Notes: generated from the letters alone by a model not told the origin. Shown: positions 1 through 12,944, counted from the stretch's first letter. The stretch is DNA of 64,000 nt from Podarcis pityusensis (GCA_964106645.2 OZ067040.1); one strand, 5' to 3'. Made by a program: numbers and translations.

Positions 1-671
1 CACACTGATTCCCAAGTTGGCACAAACCTGGCATGGGATCTAAAAATCTTGATATCCTCATCCTGTTGCTTAGCATTGGATCCCTTTTTGGGATGTTACT
101 ATAAAAGCTTGAGGTCATTATTTCAGATAGGAAATCAATATGTAGAAACAACAATTCTCATGCAAAGGGGTTTTTAGTTCTAAGGTCAAATGAATGATGA
201 ATACAAGTGGCCACACTGACAGCAAACACCATCGCCAGATTTGTTTGGGCCCTTAGCATACCCCCAGCCATGTCTGTGCACCATGTTGCAATGGGTAGCC
301 ATGCTTCCACTCTCATTTTCATCATCTCTATCCTTTTTTGGCTGCTTTGCCAGTGTATCTTTGCTTGTGGGACAGTTCTACTGACAGAGTGCTCTGTTGG
401 CAGATTGTGGGAGTTCCACTGGCACATCAGTCATGCCAGCAATATATGTTAAATTCTGACAGTATTGCGGTGCTTCCACCAGACCCTGAATCCCCCAGCC
501 AGAATCTCAAGTATAAGACTGAACTCTTAAAAAATTAAGTTTGTGGATTTGAATTTTGGGAACAGATAATAAAATAAATATCAATTGTGAAGGCAACACA
601 TAAGTATTATATTAAGGATTAATTTTAAGTGTCTTAAATATACCTGTTTTATGGCTGATACTTCCTTGTAG

Positions 672-747
672 AATTAGTTCAACGGGTATTATGACAATTG
701 AAGTGGAACCTTCCCTCACTGGAAGAACATGTATGACTCCCAACAAG
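672..747 (+). CDS. CATSPERE: CATSPERE coding exon (ISSTGIMTIEVEPSLTGRTCMTPNK)
   Basis: ttgtag acceptor, AAG|gtaagt donor, 76 nt, phase 0 out matches next exon. Confidence 0.8.
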
Positions 748-1406
748 GTAAGTTTTTAGCATGAGATGCTAATCTTTCTTTTTAAAAAAGGATGAAAACA
801 ACTGAATACCATAGTACCTTAAGCACTAACAAATACACTGTTGCAAAAACTTTCATTTTTTAAAAAAATACCTGATAGAGATCTTTAATGTCTGACTTTA
901 TATCAAATGAAGATAAAGTTGGCTTGGAGGGCCACATGGTGTGCAGAAGGGGAAAAAACAACATTAGAGGGGAAGTCCTAAGGGGAACCCTGCCCCCAAA
1001 AAAACCCCCAATAAGGACAGAGCCACATACTGCTGCTTGAAGTGTGTAGGAGGATTACAGACATTCCCAGTGAGAGGAGGGATGGAATAAAATATTGTGA
1101 GGTACAGGATGGCTGGTTGAACAGAACACAGGTTCATTCCACACATTTTGTTAAAGATTCTTGTTATTCCCCACCCCTGGGCAGCCCATCCTGTTTCACT
1201 GCCTGAGTTTAAATGGGAATTGCTCACACACACACTACTTCTCCCGTCATGGTGCCCCATCTCTTGCCGAACTTGACAGGAGCCAGGGTGGTGTGGCCCC
1301 TTTTGAAGCGGCCCTTCCTGAAACCAGAGGTTTTAGAAAACTACCACCTAGTCATACAATAATAGCTGATAGATATTGCTGACCGCCTGGTCCCCATTTT
1401 TTAGTA

Positions 1407-1650
1407 CAGTGGTACCTCGGGTTACATATGCTTCAGGTTACATACGCTTCAGGTTACATACGCTTCAGGTTACAGACTCCGCTAACCCAGAAATAGTGCT
1501 TCAGGTTAAGAACTTTGCTTCAGGATGAGAACAGAAATTGTGCTCCAGCAGGAGGCCCCATTAGCTAAAGTGGTGCTTCAGGTTAAGAACTGTTTCAGGT
1601 TAAGAATGGATCTCTGGAACAAATTAAGTACTTAACCTGAGGTACCACTG
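1407..1650. mobile_element. Tc1/mariner (Tigger-like) MITE, CAGTGGTACCTC family
   Basis: TIR cagtggtacctc...gaggtaccactg; left TA; internal gcttcaggtta repeats; same family at 35842, 49314 and 60918. Confidence 0.85.
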
Positions 1651-2629
1651 AATACAGTTCTGCCATTCATATTGGGTGGAAGGACAGAGGTTAGATCAGA
1701 TAGAAAAATCTCCTGGCCACAACCTGGATCGTCAGGAGCAGCTGTACACTAAGCAGCATTTGGCTGCATACATACTCTATCAAGGGAAATGCCTGTCAGT
1801 GGCAAGGGCTCCAGCCTCCTTGGATCCTCTATCAACATCAGCTCCATTTTATCCAGGTTCAGTTTTATTCTCCTTATCCAGCAGACCGTAGCCTTCAGAC
1901 ACCAATGAGTTCAGGACCAAGGATGCTCTGGTTAATGGATGATAAAGAGAAAGAATGAAGCAGAAAGTTAGGCAACATCATGATATTAATCATATCAAAC
2001 TCTTAAATTCCACATTCTCTCTCCCAGCAGTTTTGCATAAATATTAAATGACAAACATTACCAAATAAAAAGAGCCTCACAAGACACAGTTCTGTCTCCA
2101 CTATCTGGGTACATATTGAGAGGTAAAATTAAAACCATCTCAAGTGTTTGTCTTGGATAGTCACTAGCAGTATAATATCTGATACTTCAACGATATCAGG
2201 GACAAAAGCCACTGAGAAGTCCAATAAAATCAAGATGTTGCTGTGACTTTCAGAGATTGTCCACCAAAACAATCAAAATACTCACTGTTTTCAGGTAGTT
2301 GTTTATTAAGCTTACTGAGTTTATCCTGATTTGTTCACACTTTTGTGGTTGTGACATTATATGACATTGCCATCTAGTGGTTGTTAGCATACACTCACCA
2401 GTGCAATTTTTGTTAACTTTCCCCTTTCTGACTTTTGATGGTAAGATAAGTGATGAAAAATTACACAAGATACCAACTACTAAATGGCAGTGTCATATAG
2501 CCTCTTCACAAATTATGTGCAAAAAAAATCAAGACAAATGCTCAATAAACTGCCCATCTGGAATTACTGTCAGTCTAAAAATATTGCCGTCATATGATAA
2601 AGGGTTGAGGAGGACTCTCATCAACGAAT

Positions 2630-2674
2630 GTGTTTGTTTGTTTGCTTGCTTGCTTGCTTGCTTGTTTGTTTGTT
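2630..2674. repeat. Compound (TTTG)n/(CTTG)n microsatellite
   Basis: Read directly from the sequence. Confidence 0.85.
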
Positions 2675-2783
2675 GAAACATTTTTATACAGCGTTTTGCT
2701 CAAAGGCTTCAGAATAACATACAGCATAACATACATACATTCATAACATAATGTAACAATCATAAAATATAAAAGATAAGAAA

Positions 2784-3282
2784 CATAGCTGTCAACCGTC
2801 CCTTATTTGGCGGGAAAGTCCCTTATCCCAGCGCCGTGTCCCGCTGCTGTCCCTTATTGATGATGTCCCTTAAATTTCCCGGATTTCAAAGGAAGCAGCT
2901 TCTCTCCCTCCCTCCCTGCCGGCCAGGGAGGAGGGAGGCTCCAACTGTGTTGCTTGGCTGTGTTGCTCACCCAATAAGGAGTCTAAGAACGATTGGAAGG
3001 TGGAGCTTGCATGCCTTGTGCCGATCAAATCGGCCGCGTTGCCTAGGGATTCGCCTTTGCTCAGCGCTTCCCAGCGGAGAGGTGACGGTGGTTTTCCTTG
3101 GTGCACCCCCTTTGCCGGGTTGCTGCGCTGTGGGAACCACCGCTTGAGGCTTCGTTTGGCTACTGGCTGGGCTTTCTGCCTTTGGCTCGGAGGGGCACAG
3201 AAGTCAAACATCCCTGTGCTCTGAAAATCCTTTATTTTGGCTGCTGGTCCCTTATTTTCAAATCTGTAAGTTGACAGGTATG
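2784..3282. mobile_element. Non-autonomous hAT element
   Basis: TIR CATAGCTGTCAAC / GTTGACAGGTATG (12/13); 8-bp TSD ataagaaa/ataagaag. Confidence 0.8.
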
Positions 3283-3956
3283 ATAAGAAGAGTTATGTCA
3301 ATACTATTCATAATAAATGTCAAGTTATTCATAAATTATTTCAGTCATGGATATCTGAAATGGCACCACAGTCACCTGTTCAATAAAATTTCCCCCAACA
3401 GAGAAGTTGGAGCCTGGCCTAAAGTTAGAATGGCTATTCAAGCACAGAGATTTAAAGTTAGGGTGAATTTACTCTTTCAAGCACTTCCTTGAGCAGCGAT
3501 GACACCACATAATTTTGTCAGCAATACATTAATGAGCCCTTACAAAAATTGATTCAATCTCTTATCACTTGATTTGATCACCCTCATTCAGTTCAGTTTT
3601 TGAATTAGAAATCTGTAAGAGATATAGCCTGCTATTGTAGGTTTAAGATGTTTCAGTTTTCCAGGCTCAGTCTTATATTTAACTTTAACTCAGTGTAGAC
3701 CCATTGAAATGAATAGCTATAACTAATTTAGGTCCATTAACTGCAATATAAGTTAGAAAAATTAAAGACAAGCCTTGGAAATGAAGTGATCAGTGAGACT
3801 TAATCAAAAGTAATTATACTAAGGGTTGCAGCCAGAGTACCGTATTTTATGAATTTGCTTTCTACCAAGAGTAAGTAGTTTCTGGGAGAGTGAACTGCTT
3901 GACACCTCCAAATGAGGCACAATTTAGCCAAAGTTGTACATTGATTTCTTTAGGAG

Positions 3957-4100
3957 ATAATAATAAGTAATAATAAAATTTTATTTATATCCCACCCTCC
4001 CCAGCCGAAGCTGGGCTCAGAGCGGCTAACAACATTAAAATGATACAACATTCCAAAATCATTTCATTATAAAATCAATTCAAATGAGATTAATGGCAAT
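3957..4100 (-). mobile_element. L2 LINE 3' tail fragment
   Basis: Matches the 3' ends of the copies at 6518 and 13348. Confidence 0.7.
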
Positions 4101-4407
4101 AGTTAAGTATGTGATCAGTGGGACTTCTCTAGCCATGTTGTGCATTGGAATGCACATTAAAAAATGTATTCTTTTATTTGTTACATATATTTTAATACTG
4201 TACTGCATGCATGTAAATCACAAAAATTGGCTTTCAAATGTCAGCTTTTAAACCTAGATCTGTGCTGTCTCTCTCCCCTCTCCCCCCCCCACCGAGTGCC
4301 ATTACAGTGGTGTGAGTTTGAACAGAAACTATTTTTCCCCACTGATATTTTGGCCATTGTGTGTGATGGCAGAAACTGTCAGCTTACTAGAATGTGCTTC
4401 TTTTCAG

Positions 4408-4460
4408 GTAGCGCACATAAATGTTGGTTGTCCTGTATTTCGAGACCTGGCTATTGAAAA
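4408..4460 (+). CDS. CATSPERE: CATSPERE coding exon (VAHINVGCPVFRDLAIEK), GC donor
   Basis: ttttcag acceptor; AA|gcaagt donor is needed for phase 2 into the exon at 8087. Confidence 0.8.
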
Positions 4461-5010
4461 GCAAGTAACAATGCTATTTTTTCCTTCTTCCTCCATGTTC
4501 TACATTGCCAAAAAAAAAAAAAAAAATGTAGATACTATAGTCAGATTGGGTGCTGTAGGGTTTTCTTTGACGTTGACTGTATTGTATAACTGGTCTTATC
4601 TTGTTTATTAATTGCGGTTCACTATGAGTTTTAGCCACCTCAGAAACCCTGTTTTGGGGGCAGATGAGTGAGATAAATTAACCTGTCTGTGAACGCAAGG
4701 AACACTTACGTACCAGAACCAACAAGGTCTATCTAACCACAGCATCCTGCTCCCAGAAATCCAAAGTGAGGCATGAAAGCAATAGTATTCCCTCTGAGAA
4801 GGCTGTTCAGTGGCACCATTCTTCCAAACTTGGGGGTTCAAGTTAGCTCTCTCAGCTCATAGCTGTTGATTGACTTATCTTTCATAAACTTGTCTTGTCC
4901 CTTTAAGAGTCATCTAAGCCAGTGACTGTCACCTCACCACAGCTTGTGGCAGTGAGATCTATTAATTATGCCTGCTGTGAAGTAATACTAACTTTTAGCA
5001 AATTCAGATA

Positions 5011-6098
5011 CAGTGGTGCCCCGCAAGACGAACGCCTCGCAAGACGGAAAACCCGCTAGACGAAAGGGTTTTCCGTTTTGGAGGCGCTTCGCAAAACGAA
5101 TTTCCCTATGGGCTTGCTTCGCAAGACGAAAGCCCATAGGGAAATCTCCGGGACAGCGAGGAAGCGCAGCGCGTCTTCCCCACTGTCCTCGGACCTCCTC
5201 CCCCCGCCCGGCATCGGAACGAAGCTCCGATGCCGGGGGGGGAACGCTTCCTCCCCCCCCCGCCCGGCATCGGAACGAAGCTCCGATGCCGGGCGGGGGG
5301 GGGGAAATGCCTCCTCCCCCCGCCCGGCATCGGAACGAAGCTCCGATGCCGGGCGGGGGGGGAGGACGCCTCCTCCCCCCCCGCCCGGCATCGGAACAAA
5401 GCTCCGATGCCGGGCGGGGGGGGGGAATGCCTCCTCCCGCCACCCGGCATCGGAATGAAGCTCTGATGCCGGGCGGGGGGGGAACGCCTCCTCCCCCCCC
5501 GCCCGGTATCGGAACAAAGCTCCGATGCCGGGCGGGGGGGGGAAACGCCTCCTCCCCCCCGCCCGGCATCGGAACAAAGCTCCGATGCCGGGCGGTGGGG
5601 GAAATGCCTCCTCCCGCCGCCCGGCATCGGAACGAAGCTCCGATGCCGGGCGGGGGGGGGGAAACGCCTCCTCCCGCCGCCCAGCATCGGAACGAAGCTC
5701 CGATGCCGGGGGGGGGGGGACACCTTCTCCCGCCGCCCGGCATCGGATGGCTTTCCTGAAGACTTGGGGTGGGAGGAGGGTTTTCCTTCCCACCGCCAAC
5801 ATTCAGAATGCTGTTCTGAATGTTGGCGGTGGGGAGGAAAAACCCTACTCCCACGCAAGCCCCGGGAACAGAGGGAAAGCGCTGCGCGCCTTCCCCTCTG
5901 TTCCCGTACCTGTCCTGAAGGCTTGCGGTGGGGAGAAAAGCCCTTCTCCGCACCGCCAGCCTGGCAAGCGGTTTCCCTAGGAACGCATTAATTGATTTTC
6001 AATGCATTCCTATGGGAAACTGTGCATCGCAAAACGAAAAACTCGCAAGAAGAAAAAACTTGCGGAACGAATTAATTTCGTCTTGCGAGGCACCACTG
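5011..6098. mobile_element. Tc1/mariner MITE with internal ~60-bp hairpin minisatellite (9.5 units)
   Basis: TIR cagtggtgccccgcaagacgaa / ttcgtcttgcgaggcaccactg; TA on both sides; near-identical copy at 14094. Confidence 0.9.
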
Positions 6099-6517
6099 TA
6101 ACTTAAAGTTCCTTCATATTAGTCCTAGGCCTTTTGAGCCGGATTTTCCTGCTGCGGGAACAGTTTTTAAGCCCTTCACCTTGCTTATTGGGGTCTGGGA
6201 AAGTCACGCAAGGCCTCTGGAAGGCAGTGGGAGGCTCCCAAGATTTTGGACAGCCCTGCAAGATTTCATTGGAGGCTCCCACAGCCTTCCAGAGGTCTCC
6301 CAGATGCTTCCCAGAGCCCAGTAAGCAGTGCCTGGTGTGGGGGCATGGCCTGCAATCAGGGGCGGGGCGATCTGCGCCCATGGGTGCGGGCGAGCCTTTC
6401 CAACGCTTGGAGCCTCTCCGCCACCTCCCCCTCAGCTGTAGGGCAGCTGAGGGAGAGGTAGTAGGCAGACGCAAGTCCCACGCTGCCATTTGAGGCAGCG
6501 TGGAGCCTGCAGGTACC

Positions 6518-7480
6518 TAATAATAATAATAATAAATTTTATTTATATCCCGCCCTCCCCAGCCGAAGCAGGGCTCAGGGCGGCTAACAACAATAAAATA
6601 GTACAACATTCTAAAAACATTTCATTATAAAAATTAATTAAAATCAAATTGATGGCAACCATTAAGCTAAAGTTCTGTAGAGATTGCCAAAGGAGGGAGT
6701 CAGGCTGCGCCCTGACCAAAGGCCTGGTGGAACAGCTCTGTCTTGCAGGCCCTGCGGAAAGATGTCAAGTCCGGCAGGGCCCTAGTCTCTTGTGACAGAG
6801 CGTTCCACCAGATTGGAGCTGCAGCCGAAAAAGACCTGGCTCTAGTTGAGGCCAGCCTAACCTCTCTGTGGCCTGGGACCTTCAGGATATTTTTATTTGA
6901 AGACCGTAAGTTCCTCTGTGGGACATACCAGGAGAGGCGGTCCCGTAGGTATGAGGGTCCTAGGCCGTATAGGGCTTTAAAGGTTTAAAGCAGCACCTTA
7001 AACCTGATCCTGTACTCCACCGGGAGCCAATGTAGCTGGTATAGCACCGGGTGAATGTGATCTCGCAGTGAAGACCCCGTAAGGAGTCTCGCCGCGGCAT
7101 TCTGCACCCGCTGGAGTTTCTGGGTCAGTCTCAGGGCAGCCCCACGTAGAGTGAGTTACAATAATCCAGTCTGGAGGTGACCGTCGCATGGATCACAGTG
7201 GCTAGGTCAGGGCGAGAGAGGTAAGAAGCCAACTGCTTAGCTTGGCGGAGATGAAAAAATGCCGCCTTTGTTATAGCTGTAATCTGCGCCTCCATGGAAT
7301 GGGAGGTGTCGAAGATTACACCCAAACGCTTAACGGACGGTGCTGGCACTAATTGCACCCCCGCAAGAGATGGGAGTTGCGCCCTCAATCCCATATCGTC
7401 CCGTCCCAGCCAGAGGATCTCTGTCTTCGAAGGATTTAACTTCAACCGGCTCCCACGTAACCATCCAGCCACAGCCACCA
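6518..7480 (-). mobile_element. 5'-truncated L2 LINE (RT C-terminal part + tail)
   Basis: LKLNPSKTE...SRLDYCNSLYVGLP peptide; (TAA)n-type tail. Confidence 0.88.
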
Positions 7481-8086
7481 CGTCCCTCCTAAAAAGTTTT
7501 GTGAGCCCAATTTTTTTAAACAACTCATTTTGTCAAACCCCCCCCCCCAGTGATGAAACCCAGGGTGGACCACACACCCCGCACCCCTCTTCCTCCACCA
7601 CTTCCTGTAAGATAGGGATAGTCATGTGGTGGCAGTTTCAGGGGTCTTCCTGCCTTTGCATGCAAACCCTTGGAATGTTACCTCTGTGTAAGTTGCAGGC
7701 CAACTGTACACTCCTTACTGAAATGCAAGAAATTGCATTTGTACTGATATTCTTCCAGCTTTAGAAGATGCTTCTGTCTATGTAGGCATTCTCTTGAACT
7801 CTTGACCAGAGATCTGTTTAAATTGCTGTGTTATTTTCATTGGATTGTTTTATTGTGTATTTTAATTATGGATGTTTATATTTTAATGCTTGTGTAATTG
7901 GTTTTATACCTCGTAAACCTTTTAGAACCCTATTTTGGCATTCAGCTATATATAAATGAAATAATAAGAATATGAATAATATATAAAATGTAGAAGGACC
8001 ATAATAAATTCTGCGCTATATTTTCAAACTATCATTTAATCGTAAATATCTTTATATAATTGTATTTCTCTTTTTTGTGTCCACAG

Positions 8087-8131
8087 ACCCACAAAATGTA
8101 GCAATCAAACTTTTACATTCAAAGTACCCGC
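8087..8131 (+). CDS. CATSPERE: CATSPERE coding exon (PTKCSNQTFTFKVP)
   Basis: Polypyrimidine tract + cacag acceptor, GC|gtaag donor, 45 nt. Confidence 0.75.
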
Positions 8132-8932
8132 GTAAGAAACTTCATATAAAATATGGATGGAAATAGATTGTATTTGACTGCTATTCCAATTTATTTAAGT
8201 GTTTGTAGGTGGTAGAGTACAGGCATCTTTTTTTTGTTTTTTTAATGATGTCATACATCAGAGCTGCCAACTCTGATGGTGCTGGTCATCTCTGAGACTG
8301 AGATAGTGAATCCAGATACAAAATTCCTCCCTCCAAAAGATCATCCAAGCAGGCAGTATTTTAACTTTGCTGGCAAATCCATTTAGTCTGTCCCAAAAAA
8401 CAATAATGAGCTTGCTACTAAGTCTTTTGCTAAATTTATACTCCACCATATCCTTTTGCTATATGGAAAGTGTAAATAAGGTAAATATGTTATTTTATTG
8501 GCCATAAGCTGTAACAAAACTAACACATCAATAGAAAACAAAACTTTAAATATAGTAGCTGCATAGGTATATCATAGGCAGATATGACAAGAACCATGAA
8601 TCAATATATATGTTGTCAAGACTTATATAATTATTCATTAAAACACTCCACTTTTACTGTACATGTTCCACTGCAAGGGCAAATAAAGCCATCTTTCCAG
8701 TTCTTTTTTTCCCTGTTGAATGTTAAGATTTCAGTTTTGAATTGAGTTGTGTAAAACAGGTTTTGGGAATAAGCTATTTTATGTGTGTCTTAAGTCACTG
8801 TAAATAGGACAACTCAAGAAACAGTGGGATAGATCTTTTCGTGAAATATAAAGTCTTGTGAAATATAGAAACATTTCTGCATCAGGCCAAAACCCATGCT
8901 GGCCATTTTCTGCCTTGCTAGTTGAAGTAGTC

Positions 8933-9271
8933 CAGACCCTCCAAGTGTCCCTATTTTCCAGGGACATCCCTGATTTAGAGAAGCCATCCCAGTTTGATTT
9001 GATCCCAGAATGTCCCATTTTTCCTTAGGATGTCCCTATTTTCATTGGATAAATTTTGGAGGGTATGGACTTATCCAACCCCTGAGCTGTCTGAAGGCAA
9101 TCCTGTATAGGGAAGTTTTTTTAATGTTTAATGTTTTATTATTATTTTTATATGTTGGAAGCTGCCCAGAGTGTTGGGGCAACCCAATAAGATGTGTGGG
9201 ATATAAATAGTAAAATTGTCATTATGGAATGGGACATCCCTATTTTCAACAGAGAAGTGTTGGAGGGTGTG
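8933..9271. mobile_element. hAT-like non-autonomous element containing an L2-tail fragment
   Basis: TIR CAGACCCTCCAA / TTGGAGGGTGTG; repeated tgtccc/gggaca subterminal motifs; only 6 bp (gtagtc) of flank duplicated. Confidence 0.55.
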
Positions 9272-9884
9272 GTAGTCATTATCAGGAAAAACATTTTAGA
9301 AGTTTAATGATAAGCTATAGAGAAAAAGCACTTAAAAAAATTAATTCTATTTTATTTTATAGGATGCCTGTTCTCAGCCATGTTCCATAGCTTGTTTGTT
9401 TGTTTGTTGGATTTTTTTTATTATTCTCCAGTGAAAAAAGGCTTCCAGGGTGGTTTACAAAGAGCAATCATAAAATACCCTGCTCTTGGGTTTATAATCT
9501 AAAGGCCATGACACAAAAGGGAAAGGAATTGGGATGAAGGAGTGTGGGGAAGCAAAATCAGAAACTAGTAGTCCTTAGTTCCAAAACTCTTTATAATGAG
9601 CAGCTGAAATTGAGCGGGGGGGACAAGAAGAGGAGCTGGAAGTTGCTGGTTTGTCAGCTAAGTGAAAGTGGCTCTGTTTCCCTTCTCATCCTCAGTCTGC
9701 TAAATATTTTCTCCTAATTTTCTCGTTTCACTTCTTCCTTTTGAGGACTGAGCATTCAGGAATTGCAATGGAGTGCACAGCTATTTAGTAGTGAAAAATG
9801 AGGAGGCAAATGGTGGAGCAATTGTGACTCTAAAATTTAAAGTGTGAGACCTAATCACACATTATAGGCAATAACATCTATATT

Positions 9885-10808
9885 AAGCTGCTGGGAGAGA
9901 TTATCAGGGGGTTTGGGCTGGGTGTTCATCAGTATGCGGATAGTACCCAGCTTGACCTCTCCTTCAAATCTGAACCAGTGAAGGCAGTTAAGGTCCTGTG
10001 TGAGTGTCTGGAAGCAGTTGGAGGATGTATGGTGGCTATCGTATTAAGGTTGAATCCTGACAAGATGGACGTACTGTTTTGGGGGACAGGAGGCAGGCGG
10101 GGGGGGGGCTCCCTGGTCCTGAATGGGGTAACTGTGCCCCTGAAGGACCAGGTGCTCAGGCTGGGACTCATAGCTGTCCATGGGGACGCAGGTCAATTCT
10201 GTGTCCAGGGCAGCTGTTTACCAGCTCCACCTGATACACCGGCTGAGACTCTACCTGCCTGCACACTGTCTCACCAGAATGGTACATGCTCTGATTATCT
10301 CCCGCTTGGACTGCTGCTATGCTTTGAAGGTGACCCAGAAACTATAATTAATCCAGAATGTGGCAGCTAGACTGGTGATTGGGAGTGGCCGCCGGGACCA
10401 TATAGCACCAGTCCTAAAGGATCTTCATTGGCTTACAGCGTGCTTCCGAGCACAATTCAAAGTGTTGGTGCTGATCTTTAAAGCCCTAAATGGCCTTGGT
10501 CTAGTATACCTGAAGGAGCATTTCCTTCCCTCGTTGTTCAGCCCAGACACTGAGGTCCTCCTCCAAGCGTCTTCTGCTGGTTCCTTCACTGCAAGAAGTG
10601 AGGATACAGAGAACCAGGCAGAGGGCTTTCTCGGCAGTGGCACCCTCCCTGTGGAACACCCTCCCTTCAGATGTCAAGGAAATAAAACACTATCTGACTT
10701 TTAGAAGACATCTGAAGGCAGCCCTGTATCCAGAAGATTTTAATGTTTGATGTTTTATTATGTTCTAAAATATGCTATGGGCCACCCAGAGTGTCTGGGT
10801 AAACCCAG
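9885..10808 (+). mobile_element. Degenerate L2 LINE 3' fragment (same family as 36416-39116)
   Basis: LNPDK, RDHIAPVLKDLHWL and FKALNGLG peptides across frameshifts; runs into the gap. Confidence 0.85.
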
Positions 10809-10943
10809 NNNNNNNNNNNNNNNNNNNNNNNNNNNNNNNNNNNNNNNNNNNNNNNNNNNNNNNNNNNNNNNNNNNNNNNNNNNNNNNNNNNNNNNNNNNN
10901 NNNNNNNNNNNNNNNNNNNNNNNNNNNNNNNNNNNNNNNNNNN
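10809..10943. other. Assembly gap (135 N)
   Basis: Run of N. Confidence 1.
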
Positions 10944-10972
10944 GACAAACTTTATTTTTTTCCTCACATTAG

Positions 10973-11009
10973 GAAATATCGATGGGTCAAAACACAGGGA
11001 GAATACTGG
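10973..11009 (+). CDS. CATSPERE: CATSPERE coding exon (KYRWVKTQGEYW)
   Basis: attag acceptor, TGG|gtaag donor; 37 nt bridges phase 2 to phase 0 exactly. Confidence 0.72.
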
Positions 11010-11136
11010 GTAAGAACTACACATTTAATTTTCAGTTATAGCTCCCACTAGTGGAACACTTTCCCTAACCAGGTCCTGCTTTTGGCACGAGGTAAAAACA
11101 TACCTACAGAGCATTTGAGAGATTATGATGGTATTA

Positions 11137-11382
11137 CAGTAATACCTTGGAAGTTGAATGGAATCTGTTCCGGAAGTCCGTTCGACTTCCAAAACATTTG
11201 GAAACCAAAGTTCAGCTTCTGATTGGCTGCAGGAAGGTCCTGCAGCCAATCAGAAGCCGCGGAAGCCCCGTCGGGCATTCGGCTTCCAAAAATAGTTTGC
11301 AAACTGGAACAGTCACTTCCAGGTTTGCAGCGTTTGGGAGCCAAAACGAGTACGAAGGCATTTGAAAACCAAGGTACAACTG
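11137..11382. mobile_element. Tc1/mariner MITE
   Basis: TIR cagtaataccttgg / ccaaggtacaactg, TA both sides; related degenerate copy at about 50676-50838. Confidence 0.75.
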
Positions 11383-11623
11383 TAATGGCGTTTTTCTGTT
11401 GAAGGTTTTTCTGCTGTTTTGTGGCGTTTGCATAGCTTTTATTGTAATACAATGTACTTCTTTCTGATTCTCTGCCATGCTTTATGCTTTTAAGTTTTGT
11501 AAGTCACCTGGAGACTCCTTAAGTGCCAAGCAACTAATAAAGTGAATAAATAAATATGTTAAGTATACTATTGATGCAAATAGAAGGCAAGGAGAGATTT
11601 ATGTTAACCTACCTTTCTCCTAG

Positions 11624-11703
11624 GTGCAAGAGTACAATTTTGCACTATTTGGTTGCCCAATAGAGGTCCATTACGCACGTCCATTTCGTCCTACTGTTCT
11701 CTT
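11624..11703 (+). CDS. CATSPERE: CATSPERE coding exon (VQEYNFALFGCPIEVHYARPFRPTVL)
   Basis: ctcctag acceptor, TT|gtaag donor; Y..GCP..F.P motif of CatSper delta/epsilon. Confidence 0.88.
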
Positions 11704-11995
11704 GTAAGCAGCTTTTAAACACTATAGACCCATGGAAAATATGTATTTATATATATTTATTCGTTAAGCCCTTTCTTTGACCATCCCAATCAAATGAAAG
11801 ATAAAAGAGTGATAATGCAGCTATTATCTTCATTACCACAATTCCCCACCAGTTCCATATTTTTAAAAATTGCCTTATTGGCAAGAACTCTGGCCTACAG
11901 TAGTGTATACCCTTAGTATGGTTTTTTGTTGTTGTTGTTTTTGGTCTTTTTTTGTCCTTTACAGAGACATGACACTGTATTTCTGTTCTTTCTAG

Positions 11996-12095
11996 ATATG
12001 AGCGTGAAAACATGATTGGGACTGTTGAGGCAAATTATATCTTGTGGGAGATGAATGGCAGGAATGACTACCATTATAACACAACAGTAAAACAG
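11996..12095 (+). CDS. CATSPERE: CATSPERE coding exon (YERENMIGTVEANYILWEMNGRNDYHYNTTVKQ)
   Basis: ttctag acceptor, CAG|gtgag donor; VEAN.I.WE..GR.DY motif. Confidence 0.92.
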
Positions 12096-12500
12096 GTGAG
12101 CAGACATTTGTACACTAACCTTTCAGGTTAATCAAGAATAAGAGACCACCTGCCCAATTTTAGACCTTAATATCATTTAGATCAACTTGGGGGGGGGGAA
12201 TTCTCATGGCACCACACACCCCATAAAATGTCTTGGGGCAATGACTTCAAAATCAGCATTTTCTGCTGTTGCTCCTCAACTGTGAAATGCCCTTCCATCT
12301 GCCATTCATGAAACAGCAACCACCAGTTGCTTCAGATAGATGTATTGTGAAGACATATTTTTGCTCAGGCTTTCCCCGACATCTAAGATTGAACCTTTTT
12401 TACATGTTTGAATCTTACAAATTTCTGCTTTATTCACTTTTGAATGCTTTTATATTGCTGTTTAACTGGTTTGAGGTTGTGTTTTTATTTTAGTGATATA

Positions 12501-12819
12501 CCGTATTTTTCGCTCCATAGGGCACACCGGACGATAGGGCGCACCTAGTTTTTAGGGGGGGGGAAATAAAGAAAAAAAATTTCAGGTCCGGGAGCGGAGG
12601 CAAGGTTGTGCAGCCTTGCCGCCGCTCCCGGAGCTTGCGGGCTGGGGGAGCGCTCCGAAGGTTTGCGGATAGCTGCCTGAAGCCCGGGGAGCGAGTGGGG
12701 TCGACCCCTCTCACTCTCCAGGCTTCATCAAAAGCCTGCATTCACTCCATAGGACGCACACACATTTCCCCTTCATTTTTGGAGGGGGAAAAGTGTGTCC
12801 TATAGAGCGAAAAATACGG
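12501..12819. mobile_element. Tc2/pogo-like MITE
   Basis: TIR CCGTATTTTTCGCTC, TA both sides; second copy at 62472 in opposite orientation. Confidence 0.85.
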
Positions 12820-12944
12820 TAACATCTTTGAAATAGTAAGTGGTATATAAATGCTTTTAATAAATATGAATTTTTGTTTACAATAGGGTTTTTTAATGGA
12901 TGTTGTTTCAATCAGTCTTTTACACAGCTCTTGACAGTGCTAAA

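Noticed and set aside
5195-5750. CRISPR-like array (palindromic repeats with spacers)
   Set aside because: Spacers are near-identical G/C runs rather than unique sequences. There are no cas genes, and the array is inside a TIR/TA-flanked element in a vertebrate intron.
4988-5991. Long ORFs (up to 321-347 aa) in many frames here and at 13931-14974
   Set aside because: A by-product of a stop-poor GC-rich minisatellite; no domain motifs or splice context.
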